In this document: piece after piece, positions 28,877 through 42,331 of the stretch
Position numbering within the stretch: the stretch's first letter is position 1
How the letters are laid out: each line of letters starts with the position of its first letter
From: the human T2T-CHM13v2.0 reference genome, Homo sapiens
DNA: 64,000 nucleotides
NCBI RefSeq assembly: GCF_009914755.1
Contig: NC_060948.1
Direction: 5' to 3' (one strand)
Notes under the pieces: model-generated
The model's input: the letters and a program-made list of their open reading frames with translations, nothing else
Told to the model about the DNA's origin: nothing
The model's database searches: none
Translations under genes and position numbers: made by a program

Positions 28877-29785
28877 ACCATTTTTGAACATATTCCACAT
28901 GAGGCACCATGCTGTTTCTTGTACATTGTCCAGTTGAGTTCCTCAGCTTTCTATGTGAGGACTACTATTCTCCTCCCTTTTTCACATGTAAAGAAAGCTG
29001 GGCTTTGAAATCTTAAATAACATGTTTGAGGCCTTACAATAGATTACACCCCAAAGGTGTCAGACTGAATCCATTGAATCAATAACTCTGACAGCAATTA
29101 CAAAGCAAATGACCTTTGTGTAACATGGTATATTCTATAACAGAAATTCATTGAATGCCATTTAGTGTGCTGAGACAATACAGATAATCACACAGGACAC
29201 TTCTGGAAAGAGGTCTACATTGGTAGAAAGACTTGGCCAGGTCCTACCTGATTATGTAGGTGACTCCTGCAGAAGATGCAGAGCCTGCCCTTCAGGTCAC
29301 ACTGACCTTTCAAGTGGTGCTGTGTCCATGAGCTAGCCATGCAGCTTTTTTATATGGCCATAGCCACAGGAAGGGATGCTCAGGCAAGGTGTTCAAGGCA
29401 ATTAAAGGCTGCAGAGGCCACCTTAGATCTTGAGGACTTCATATAAAAAAGCAAGCATTTCAAAATCCAAGGCATATTCTGGAAGTAGTTAGCAAGTATA
29501 GTGGTGGATTTGCAAGCTCAAGAACATAAGTAGGGCATCCCTTGAGAAGGTCACATGGGCCCACACAGGATGACCCTTGGATTCCCAGTAATGAATTTGT
29601 GTGTCCAGTACACTCATTATATTGTGTGTGAATGTGATTGCTAAAAAAGAAGATATAAATTGTGAACAAAATATAAACAGTTATTAGCAATAAAACATGA
29701 ACATTTCCTATAACCACCTCCTTTGAGATAATCACTCTCCACTGTTTGAATTCCTTCCACATTTTATTTTTTAATAAAATAAATG

Positions 29786-30090
29786 GGCCACGCAAAGTGG
29801 CTCATGCTGGTAATCCCAGCACTTCAGGAGACAGAGGCAGGTGGATCACTTGAGGTCGGAAGTTTGAGACCAGCCTGGACAACATGGCAACGTCTCTGCA
29901 AAAAATACAAAAATTAGCCCACACGTGGTGGCACATGCCTGTAATCCCACCTATTTGGGGGACTGAGGCAGGAGAATTGCTTGAATCCAGGAGGTGGTGG
30001 TTGTAGTGACCCAAGATTGTGCCACTGCACTTCAGCCTGGTCGAGGCTCTGTGGCAAAAAAACAAAAAACAAAAAACAAAACAAAACAAA
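29786..30090 (+). mobile_element. AluS
   Basis: ggatcacttgaggtcggaagtttgagacc; (CAAAA)n tail. Confidence 0.9.
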
Positions 30091-30119
30091 ACCCTAAAAA
30101 ATATAATAAAATACAATAA

Positions 30120-30344
<225 letters not shown>

Positions 30345-30856
30345 TAACACTTCATGCAAACAAACAGCATCCCATAATATGGATGCAGGCAAGAGAATCC
30401 ACTCAAGTCACTGATTTGTGAACACTGAGCTTGCTGCTATTGTTTGTTTTTAAAATTACAATCCATGTGAATTGCAGAGCCTTGGGTGGTTATTTTTATG
30501 CATCAGAATAAAGATTTTCATAGAAAAACCATTCAAAGCATTAGGACTCCTAGGTCAGAAGTCTCCAATTTTAATTTTCCTGGGTTTTACTCATCCTCTT
30601 ACATTGGACAGCATCATGATTATTTTGATAGTGCAGAAATTCAGAGAAAGCTGAAAGGACATAAAACCCAAGTGGGTAGGTCCTGGAGGACTGTGGTTCT
30701 CATCTCAGGCACTAGGATGCAGACCCAGGGAGGAACAAGATGTACAAGCTTTTTGAAAAATAAAACCAAAAGGATGTGACAGCCAATTGAATGAGAGTCA
30801 TAGCAAATCTGGAGATATATTTAAGGAGAAACTGCTCAGTTAAAAAGATTCAAAGT

Positions 30857-31130
<274 letters not shown>

Positions 31131-32537
31131 GACTCAAAGTTGACTCAAAGAGAATTGTTTCCAGGCAGGCCATTCTCAAATTTTCATTTCCATGAAACTC
31201 ATATATCAATTATCTTCAAGTTTTGATATATTATTGTTTATTAAGCAAACTGTATTTATTATTTTATATTTTGCTCAGAAAATATCCATCTTGGTTTTTT
31301 TTATTTTATGTAATTGAAACTAAAGCACTTAAAAAAGCTTATGCAGCTTCATTATAGATACATGTAGGTGGACATTACCTACTTTATGAAAATGATGCAA
31401 GGAATCTGAATAAGAGTTTGTGGGCCCCAGAGTTTGGAAATCTGTGGTATAAATACCATGTGTCTGTTATAATTGTCTTAGATTTTCTCTATGGACTTTG
31501 GAAACTAAATTTTGGCTCTGTGAAATAATGATATGATAACATGATACAATAGGAAAATAGTCTGCTAGTACTCATTCCATTTTTAAGTAAAGTAAAAACT
31601 AAAAATCAAAGGCACTGAATTTCAACCAGCCTTACCTATCAAGCTACAGAATTTGAGTGCAGGACGTCACGTTCCCTCCCATCCAGCACACTCTGTATAT
31701 GTATGTGCTCCTGTGTTGAATCCTACACAATTTAAAACAGAAAACTGAAGCCTCACCTTTTAATAAATTGACTATGAATGATTTCCTATAACCATCAAAG
31801 ATTAGTTTTTAATCTATTTGACTGATTTTTATTTTTTATACCTCTGCCTTCATTCTCACCAGATTTCTCTTTGACCACAGTTGTGTGACCTAAAACAAAT
31901 TCTGTTTGTTCTCACTGAATAATTTTTATTTAAACTTTTCCTGTTTGGTGTCACTTCTTTAGTTTAAAGGTGCACATATGTGTGTCTGTGTACATATACA
32001 TTCATACCCATACATTCATATATATGGTTATATATGCATATTGTATGTATGCGCCAGCTACAGGTAAATGACACACACGGAAATGGTCAAAGATATTTAA
32101 CTTCTCTATTCACATAATTATCTTCTGGTTACTTGTCTCCAAAAAATGCCTAGTGTGTTTATACGAGGAATGATCTCATAAAAGAAAGTGGATTATGGCT
32201 TTAATGTCATATAACAATGTCTTTTGTTAATTAAAAGGCCAACAATATCTGACCCCATTTGGTTCCTTACCATTGACTTGGAGGGCATGCAGAAACAAAA
32301 GACCTGCAATTATTCTCCTAAGCCTTGTGATATAATTCAAAAGGAGAGGAAACATCTACATTATTATTTATAATAAAAAGTGGAAACTTTTCTATTCTAC
32401 CAACAATATTAAGCCCAACTAGAAATCCTCATGTTTATATGATACTCATTTTAGTCAACATGCAGAAGGAAAAACTGATTCCTGTTTTACGGCACCTTTA
32501 CCATGAAACATGTTTTTAAATAACCACACTAACTGAA

Positions 32538-32872
32538 TGTATTAGTCTGTTCTCATGATGTTAATAAAGATATTCCTGAGACTGGGTAATTTATAAAGAA
32601 AACAGATTTAATGGATTCACAGTTTCACATCGATGGGGAGGCCTAACAATCATGGCAGAAAGTAAAAGAGGAGCAAAGTCATGTCTTACGTGGTGGCAGG
32701 CAAGAGAGCATGTGCAGGGGAACTGTCCTTCATAAAATCATCAAATCTTGACTATGAAAATAGCATGGGAAAAATTCACGCCCAAGATTAAGTTACCTCC
32801 TGGTGGGTCCCTACCACTATGGGATCTACAATTCAAGATGAGATTTGCCTGGGGACACAGCAAAATCATATC
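32538..32872 (-). mobile_element. THE1 LTR (THE1B-like)
   Basis: tgtattagtctgttctcatg ... gagactgggtaatttataaag ... acaattcaagatgagatttg...ggggacacagc...catatca. Confidence 0.88.
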
Positions 32873-33509
32873 ACTGAAAATATTGATTGATATTTCTTGT
32901 GTGTATATTTTTGTTGTCGATGTTCCTTCCAGAGCCCTGGATGAAACTTGGCATCAATGTAGCCATTAACATGCATTAATTCTACATGATCTCTTTTGCA
33001 TCTTTCTTTTGTTGTTCAGTTGGTAGAGGAGAGGTTGCTGATTTACAAGCTTCATTTTAGGGAGAGTAAAACTTAAAAGCCAAAATTTCATCAGCTAACA
33101 GGCTTAGAGTATGGAGCCTAAAGGACCTGTCGATGAAGGAGGTTATTCGTTGCATATCTGTGGTTTTAGACAATCAAGGGGGTTGTTTTTTTCATTCACC
33201 TGGAATGTGTATTTAAAGTTAAGTGATCTACCTGAGAGCTGAGTTCTCAAGAAGAGCACTCATCTTTGATATTATGCATGGCTCTCTCCAAGTTGATGAG
33301 GTACCATCATTTTGCTCTCTACAATCAGGAGGCAAAACCCAGTGATTTAGGTGTGCAGGATTCCTAAAATATTAATTTTAACTTGCTACAAAAAATAGCA
33401 GGGTTTCTGGTGTCTGAAAACTTTTGAGAAATCACACCATTAGAATATTGTTAAGATCACTCTTTATTTGCACTTAAGAAGATAACTTTGTCAGGAAAAT
33501 TTTCTTTCT

Positions 33510-33600
33510 TCCTATCTTCCTTCCTTCCTTCCCTCCTTCCTTCCTTCCTTCCTTCCTCCCTCCTTCCCTCCTTCCCTTCCCTCCCACCTTCCCTCTCCCT
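33510..33600. repeat. (TTCC)n-rich repeat
   Basis: cttccttccttccttccctccttccttcc... Confidence 0.9.
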
Positions 33601-34692
33601 GCTCCATCACATAATATAGCTATAATGTGCTGCCTTTTCCTCTCCTCCAGTGTTATTGATAGGAAAAACTGGCCAGGTACTGATGAATAAAGAAAAAGAC
33701 AAATTTATAGTGAGATCTGATTGTCACAGATCAGGTGCCTTATGAAAACAGGTCATTTTCTTCTTCAAACAATAACTTTCTGAGCTCAGAATTTCATGAC
33801 AATAAGCCCACATGCTTCTTAAGTCTCATTTATATAAAATGTGATTTAGACCTCAGAACACTGTAACTGCCCAACAGACTCATCTTTACTACACAGATAG
33901 AGCTGATTAGTCAAGATAGAAGAATTGCAATAAACAGTTTAATTCCTACAGAGCTGGCTAAATAAGTGATTGGAGTTTTATTATTACCTAAATCAGCCTT
34001 CCCCAAAATTCGAAGGCTTGAGTTTTTCAAGGATAGTTTGGCATTTAGGGGCTAGGGAATGAGTGCTGCTGGATTGGTTGGGATGCAATTATAGTGTTTT
34101 GGAAAACAACCCTGGTGCACTAAGTCACCCTCTACATGGGGATACAGAGATGTTAATGGTCCCAGTGGGACCAATCAATTGTCGCAAATAAAAGCCTGAA
34201 AAGGCATCTCAAAAGGCCAATCTGTACTATTCTTATCACCTGAGTAACAACAATTCAAGATGAGATTTGGGTGGGGACACAGCCAAATCATATCACCGAA
34301 AATATCTATTGATATTTCTTGTGTGTATATTTTTGTGGTTGTTGTTCCTTCCAGAGCCCTGGATGAAATTTGGCAACAATGTATCCATTAACATGCATTA
34401 ATTCTACATGATCTCTTTTGCATCTTTCTTTTGTTATTCAATTGAAAGAGGAGAGGTTGCTGATTTACAAGCTTCATTTCAGGGAGAGTAAAACTTAAAA
34501 GCCAAAATTTCATCAGCTAACATGCTTAGAGTATGGAGCCTAAAGGACCTGTCAGTGAAAGGTCCTGTCACATGAAATTTACCTACATAATAAACCTATA
34601 GTTGTACCCCCAAACCTAAAATAAAAGGTTTTTAAAGGCCAATTTTAGTTTCTAGTGATTGGGGAAGTTGCAGATCTTGTCACCTATGGAAT

Positions 34693-37600
34693 TGTGTCTG
34701 GAGTTTGTTCCTTCTGGTGGGTTCATGGTCTCACTGACTTCAGGAACCAAGTTTCCACTCGACCCAGGAAGTCCACCTGGCTTCACATACCAATAGAAGG
34801 TGTCTCCTCTAAACTGGACACCCCAAATGCTATTGGGAATTGGGTGATGACCGCTCTACCTACTTCCTGATGGATAGGGGCAAAGAAGTGGCCCTGCAGT
34901 TGTAATGTCCTTCAGAGGGGAACTCTCTAGCCCAGTCTTGGAGCCACAAGGTCGATTCAGGGGTCCTCAGTAGAAGTTGTGAGTTGAGCTCATTTGGGGT
35001 TCCATTTGTAAGACCATCTGTAGCTTGATGGCCTCGATCCTGGAGGAAACAAATTTGACAAGGAGATTAAAAATACAGGGCCCAAATGCAAGTAATAGCA
35101 AGATGGCTGTCACAGGACCTAGAAAGGGGAGAAGCCATGTCACTCAACTTCAGATGTTGGTATAAGAGTTTGAGAGGCATTGTCTGATTTCACAAGTCTT
35201 TTCCTGTAAACACTGGATGGCATCTCATATTATCCCTGACTGGTTAATATAAAAACAACACTCTTCCCCTAAGAAGGTGCAGAGTCCTCCTTTCTCAGCA
35301 GTGAGGAGGTCTAGGCCTCAGTAGTTTTGGAGAGTCACTGCTGCCAAAGAGTCTACTTGGGATTGCAGTGTAAGGAAAGATTTTGTTATTTCTTGAAAAC
35401 TGTCTGAGAAATACTTTTAGAGTGTGTGATAGGTAGTAGGATAATGGAGTAGATAAACTGGCTATTCTGTTTCCTGTATCAGTGGCCATTCCTAAAACTA
35501 TAAGTAGGGTTATTAGTTGCATGGCCCTGCACTGACGAACTTGAACTTTAAGGGGCACTGATAGGGTCTGATTTCCTGGGGAAATGTCAGTGTTGGGACT
35601 TAGGAAGACTAAGTTCCAGGTGCCTGTCCAGGTGGGGAGGCAGACGTAGGTTCAAGTTCCACATAAGAAGAACATGCCTTGGCTGAGTAGACAGAACTGG
35701 TTGTATATGTTAAAAAGGCTTGTGATAATAATAATAACTCATATTATTTTCATTTTCCCATACTCCTAGAGTACTTGCCAAGGTACCTCCAGAGAATAGC
35801 TGAAAAGGAGTGTTGGGAGAAAACTGAGTGGCTCCCTGTGTTCTATTTTCCCATTGGAGAAAAAACCGTTTTGTATCTACTAGGAACCATTCAAGACAGT
35901 GATAGAAAGAGGGAATGAGAAGGCTTTCATTAGTGGTGGGGATGCTGCTGCAAGGGGTCCAGGGATGAATGGTCATGCAGGGAGAATGTTTGCCATTACA
36001 ACACCCAGACTGTTAAGCAGGTAGGAGGTGATAATTTTTGGAGGCCCTGAGAAGCAGACAAGCCATCTGAATGGAGCTGTATGGGTGACTCACAAGTTGC
36101 TATGATCTGTTGGTGGTTGAAGTTGTAGAGTATTATTACACTGATGGCATTGTAGGTTTCCAGGGGCAGGCCTGATAACAGATTGCACTGGATGCATAAA
36201 GAGGCTTGAAAAGTTAAGATGGTATTCGTGGTTACAGGGCCATATATGGGCTTTTCATTGCTAGTGTAATAGGTGAAAGTGGAAATGTAAGAGTGTAAAA
36301 GCTGGATTCCATGTCCTGTTAGGGTATTCTTGGTAAGCTTTGTGATAACCCAAATCTAGGAATTATTTCATGAATTAGGACTTTAACCACTTCCTGAGCA
36401 TTCTCTGTCTTGCAGGGGAAGGCTTCTATCAAATTTCTAAAGATATCAGCACAGACCAACAAGTATTGAAATCCCTTTAACTTAGGCATAGGCATGAACT
36501 CTAAATACCAGTCCTGCCCAGGATAGTGCCCTATTCTTTCTTCTCCCAGAGGGGCCTTATGATAGACCATGGGGTTTTTTCTTTGGCACACATCACAGGC
36601 TTTGACTACTTGTCAGATGATCTAGAGGAGACATGTCCTTGTAAATAGGGATTTGGCTATTTGATGAGTGTTCTCAATACACATATGGAGAGTTTGGTGG
36701 AGGCTTTTAAGTATTTTCCACTGGCTGGCTTCAGGTATGAGTACCTTTCCCTTTTCTGTCATTAACCACCCCTAGCATAGAAAACTATACCCCCGTGAAA
36801 TTTTCCATTCTGTTTCATTTGGGGAATACTGGGGCTTAATCTCTTGGAGAGGGTTGTTCCATACCAAGGGTCCTTCCACAGGTACTTCTAATGGGAGGTT
36901 CCGCCTGGTAGCAATTTTGGCCTCAGAGTCTGCCTGACAGTTTCTACCTTTTCTCCTTCATCTTTTTAATGGCTTTGGCAGCACAAGACTGCCACCCCCT
37001 TGGTTTTTGCACTGTGTGCAATAACTCCATGATTTCCTTGTGGCATTTAATGGGGGTTCCCCCAGAAGTTAGGAACTCCCTTTTTCTTCATATTGTAGCA
37101 TTGGCTTGTAGGGTTAGATAAGCATAGTTTCTACCTATATACACATTTATTATTTTTGCTTTTCCCATTTCTAAGGCTCGGGTAAGCACCAGTAGTTCTG
37201 CTAACTGGGTGCTGATCCCTGGGTGAAGAGGGTTACTTTTCAAATACTGTTACATCACTATGGCATAACCTGCCCCTTCATCTCCCATTCTCCACAAACG
37301 AACTTCCATCGTTCTATAGGTTAAGGTCAGGATTAGCTAAGGGGACTTCTTAGAGATCCTCTTGGGTGACACAGTCTGGGCTACAATTTGTTGGCAGTCA
37401 TGCTAGATCGGTCCCATGCTATGGGAGAAAAGTCGCAGGGTTGAGGGCTGCACATGTGCATACTTGAAGCAAAGTCTCAAGGAGTAGCACCTGGTATCTA
37501 AGCAGGTGGTTATCTGATAGCCATAAACTTCCTTTGGCACCTAGTGTGCCATTTACATCATGAGTAGTCCAGACAGTGAGATCCTTTCCTTGTATTATTT

Positions 37601-40600
37601 TGATAGCCTCTGACACTAAGATGGCCACCACTGCAACTACCCGTTAACAGTGAGGCCAGCCTTTTGCTACTACATAAATTTCCTTACTTAGGTATGCTGC
37701 TGGTTGTGGGGACACTTAGTGCGTCTGAATAAGGACTCCAAGAGCTATTTCCACTCTTTCTGTGATGTATAAAAATAATTTTTTTCATGTACGAAGGCTT
37801 AAGGCTACAGCTTGTACTAGGGCCTGCTTTAAGGTTTTGAAAACTGTTTCTGCCTCTGGTTTCCATTCCACTAGATGAGTATTTGCCCTCTGGGTGTCCT
37901 TGATTAAAGTATAGAGTGGCCTGGCCATCTCGCCGTATCCAGGGATCCATAGTTGGCAAAACTGGTGATCCCAAGGAACGTCTGCAACTGTTTAAATTTC
38001 TTAGGGCAAAGGATAAGCCAGTATGGGCTGCATTTATTCTTTGCTGAGGGTTCCTCTGGTTAAAATTAGGCCTGGATATTTGAATTGTTGTAGGCAGAGC
38101 TGGCCTTCAATTAGATGCCTTTTACCATTGATTAGCTAGAAACTTCAAGAGATCTATAGTAGACTGCTGGCATGTGGCTTCCAAACTGGTAGCGAAAAGT
38201 AAATCATCCACATTCTCAAGGACCAGTGTACCTGGACTTGAGAAGTGACCTAGATCTGGGATAGCACCTGACCAAACAGATGAGGGCTATCCCTAAATGC
38301 TTGAGGTAAGACCGTCCATGTAAGTTGGGATGTGTGGTCTGTGGGATCCTCAAAGGTAAAGAGAAACTAGGAGTTAGAGTGCAGGGGAATGGAGAAGAAG
38401 GCATCCTTGAGGTCCAGAACAGTGAACAATTCTTTTTCCTCTGTTGAGAGTGTAGAGGTATAGGTCTTGGGTGCACCTGGATATAGATGAATTTCTGCCT
38501 CATTGATGAATCTAAGATCTTGCACTAGTCTCCACTAACAATTCGGTTTTTGTACTCCTAGAATTGGAGTGTTGTAGAGACTGCTGCATTTTCTTGCTAA
38601 GCCTTGAGATTTTAGATGTCTAACAATATCCTATAATTGTTTATGAGCTTCAGACCTTAAGGGATATTGCCTTTGATAAGGAAAATTGGTGGGGTCTTTC
38701 AGCCTGATTTGGACAGGGCCAACATTTTTTGCCCTTCCGAACTGTCCTTACAATGCCCAGACTCCAGGGTTGATTCCCTCCTCAAGCAGTGGACAACAGA
38801 TAAGTGACTTGTTCCCCATATTCATATGGATAATAGCTCCAGCTTTGGCTAATATGTCCCTTCCTAATAAGGGTGTGGGACTTTGAGGCATAACAAGAAA
38901 GGCATGTGAAAAGAGCAAAGTCTCCCAATTACAACTGAGGAGCTGGGAGAAATGCCTGGTTACAGGCTGCCCCAGGATTCCTCAGATGGTAATGGACCTT
39001 CAGAGCAGCCATCTGTGGCAGGATATTAACACTGAGAAGGCCACATCCATGTCCAGAAGGAAGTCAATGTCCTGGTCCTCAATGGTTAAATGTACCTGGG
39101 GCTCAGTGAGGGGGACAAAATGAGCTGGTGCTTTCCACAGGCACCCTCAGTCCTGCTGTTGGATCACCTGGTTGGGGACTGCTGGTCCTGAGAACCTTTG
39201 TCCTCTGGGGCAGTGTGCTTTCCAGTGATGACCTTGGCATAGTGGACATGGCCAAGGGGGTGACTTGTTTCTCACTGGACAATCTTTTCTAAGGTGTCCT
39301 TGAAAACCACACTAATAACAACCCCTACCAGGTAATTGGTCTGATCCATTTTCTGTCCTCTCTGAAGCACCAAGGTTTGTTTGACTGAGGGCCATGACTG
39401 TGGCCTTTCACTGATCTCCCTTTTCCTTTTGGGCCTGTTCCTCTTGGTCTCTATTATAGAACACCAAATTTGCCAGGTTTAATAATGCCTCCAGATTTTG
39501 TTCGGGGCCAGGGCTCACTTTTGGAGCTTTATCCTGATATCTGCAGCTGATTGGATATGTGTTAGGATCAATTGACCCTCGAGGGAGTTGGTTGACAGGG
39601 GAATATATTTTCTTAAGGCCTCTTGTAGCTGCTCAAGGAAGGCAGTAGGATTATTTTCCTTTCCCTGAGTTATGGTGGACATCATTGATTAATTCATGGG
39701 CTTTTTCCTATTCTCCTTAGTCCTTCTAGAACACAGGTCAACAGATGTTTGTGACTCCAGTCCCCACGATCTGAGTCTAGATCCCAGTGGGGATCCATAT
39801 GGGTTACAGCTTGCTGACCAGTAGGGAATTTGTCCCTTTCTTCGGCTGTTATTCTATCATTTACTTAACTAAAATACCAGATCTCCAAACACTCAGGCTG
39901 TAGCTAAAGCCACTTTATTTTCACTAAAGGCCAGGGTTTGATCTAACAATAGCATGATATCTTTCCAAGTGAAGTCAAATATTTGCCCTGGACCCTGTAG
40001 GACATCTATATACCTATTCAGGACTATCTGAAAACATCCCCAGGTCTACCTTATCTGCTTTAAATTGGAGAGGGAGAAGGGGACATGTACCTAGGTTCAG
40101 TCAAATTCCCCTCCCCTGACAGCTTGAAGGGGACATAAGCCATAGCCTGGGGGTGTTTGTGGTCCCTTGGATATTTCTTTGCTTGTTCCCCTTCTGGGTG
40201 GGGGAGACTAGAGGAGGCTTATTACTGATAGGAAAGGGAGCTGTATAGATGGTAGGATATGAAGCTAAACTGAGAGGTCCTCCTGTGGAATGTAAATTTC
40301 AAGCTTTGCCTTGTTGTGGATTATCCTTCAATGAAAAGAAAGCTTAGACATAAGATATTTCACTCAATTTGCCTTCTCTCTTACAGGTCAAAGGACAGTA
40401 TGGCATTCTAATTTATACTTCCCTCAGGTGGTCATTTTTCCCATCAGAGAGAGAATATTGAGGCCAGGCCATAGTGCAGAAAAAAAAATAAGCCACTTCT
40501 ATTTCAGTGTTTGCAGATCAAATTGTTCCCAATGGCTTAGGATGCATTTCAAGGGTGAGCTTGTTGATGCCTGAGTGATTCCCATCTAAAAGAAAAAAAC

Positions 40601-42331
40601 AAATGTGGTTTTGGTTTGCCTTTTTTCCTTGCCCAAGATCCTGCAACAGTCCCTGGACCCTGATGTTCCGAATAGTTGTGCTCGCCAAAGCAGCAGCAGA
40701 AACACTAGTTTTCCTCCTAGATCATAAGGAGGACCAATAAATGTCGGATTTAGTAGCCCTTACCAACACATTCTTGAAAATCAACACCCTTGCCTTTCCT
40801 CTTAGACCACAAAGAGGACTGAGAAAAATCAGATTTAGTGGCCCTTAGTGATGCATCCTTAAAAATCTGTAAGAGTCCTAAGCATTCTCCTCTTAGTATT
40901 GGGACCTTATCCTTGTCCTATAAAGATGATATGCATCAAAATGGAGTGGAGGGCCATACCCTTAGGGAGGGAAGGGATCTCCAGGGTTGGAAGAGTGACA
41001 CCTTTTGTCCTCACTTCTCATCAATGAAAAGGAAGGATATAATTTCTGAGGCTCCCCTTATCCTAGCTTCAGGAATAGCCTTTGTTAGGCCTGCTAGTCT
41101 GAGGAGGGTTGATAAATTCCAGATCATCCCCCTCCCAACAAAGCTTCAGGTGAAAACTATGTTTTTCTGATAGGGGAGCCTGGGTACCTAAAGAAGGAAC
41201 AGAGTCCCACAGTTTATACCATAAATCATTTATAGGAGAAACTAGAAGATCACCAGGGACAGGGAGTTGTTTTTAGACACAGGGCTACCTTCAGAGAAGA
41301 GAGGCAGTAGGAAAGGTTGTCTTACAGGCGTTAGGACCCAGAAGGCAAGGGTCACGATAGATAGGATAGATGGGCGAGTCTCGCTTGTGCAACATAACTT
41401 TGAAAGTTATGCTCATGGCTGCAGGGTCAACCAACTTTTTGTTGGGACCCTGGAGCTGAATGACTTTCCTCTCTGTCAACCCTTGGCTCAGCCAAGAAAT
41501 GCAGGAAAAATGGAAGCTGGTTCCAGGCAAATCAATGCTCCCAACTCCAAAGATTCAGTGGTTGTTAGAGAGCCCTTTCCCAGAAAGCCTGACACCTGAG
41601 TCTTTAGTCCAGCAGCCACGCTAGTTGCTTTTAACTGGTCAACAGGTGCCTGGTATTTAGTCCCCGAATTCTAAAGAAAAATAGGACAGAATAGCAAGTG
41701 AAAAGGGTCCAGCGGTACTCACCACATGGCAATATCCTGGATGAGCCACTAGATGTGTCCAGAGTTGGTTCCTGCCAGTGGGTTCGTGGTCTTGCTGACT
41801 TCATGAATGAAGCTGCTGACCTTCACTGTGAGTGTTACAGATCTTAAAGGTGGCATGGACTCAAAGAGTGAGCAGCAGCAAGATTTACTGTGAAGAGTGA
41901 AAGAACAAAGCTTCCACAGAATGGAAGAGGACCCTAGTGGGTTGCCACTGCTGGCTGAGTTGGCCAACTTTTATTTTCTTATTTGTCCCATCCCATGTTG
42001 TCTGTCTGTCCTATCAGAATGCCCTTTTTACAATCCTCCTTGTGATTAACTACTTTTAGGTTATTATAGAGTGCAGATTTGTGCATTTTACAGAGTGCTG
42101 ATTGGTGCATTTTACAATCCTCTTGCTAGCTACAGAGTGCTGATTGGTGTTTTTACAGAGCACTGATTGTTGCATTTTACAATCCCCTTACTAACTACAG
42201 AGCGCTGATTGGTGCATTTTACAATCCTCGCTAAAGAGTGCTTATTGGTGTGCTTTACAATTCTCTTGTAAGACTGAAAAGTTCTCCAAGTCCCCACTCG
42301 ACCCAGGATGTCCACCTAGGTTCACCTTTCA
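34693..42331 (-). mobile_element. Decayed ERV9 (HERV9/LTR12-type) provirus: 5'LTR-gag-pro-pol-env-deleted 3'LTR
   Basis: Minus-strand remnants: gag start near 40585 and zinc knuckle near 39300; protease FLLDxxxAFSVL near 39050; RT xVDD near 38210; integrase DWxLxFxxMP..YLLVC.D.F..LIEAFP (ORF 36319-36591); env cleavage/fusion peptide RQCR|AMQLITLLIVLGMAT (ORF 35295-35558) and TAEKGGLC. Many stops and frameshifts. Confidence 0.9.
41754..42331 (-). promoter_or_regulatory. LTR12-type 5' LTR with tandem CCAAT (NF-Y) boxes, oriented antisense to NLGN4Y
   Basis: Repeated (gctg)attggtgcattttacaatcc units with intact ATTGG at 42101, 42143, 42208 and 42244; AATAAAAG TATA-equivalent on the - strand at ~41968-41975; retroviral splice donor GGTGAGTA on the - strand at ~41716-41723. 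Confidence 0.8.

Noticed and set aside
34860-40585. Functional retroviral gag/pol/env genes
   Set aside because: Broken into ORFs under 100 aa by stops and frameshifts, with degenerate catalytic motifs and an IN-env deletion.
41734-41753. Intact tRNA primer-binding site of the provirus
   Set aside because: Only a partial match (about 11/18) to the tRNA-Arg-type PBS as I recall it; too degenerate to call.
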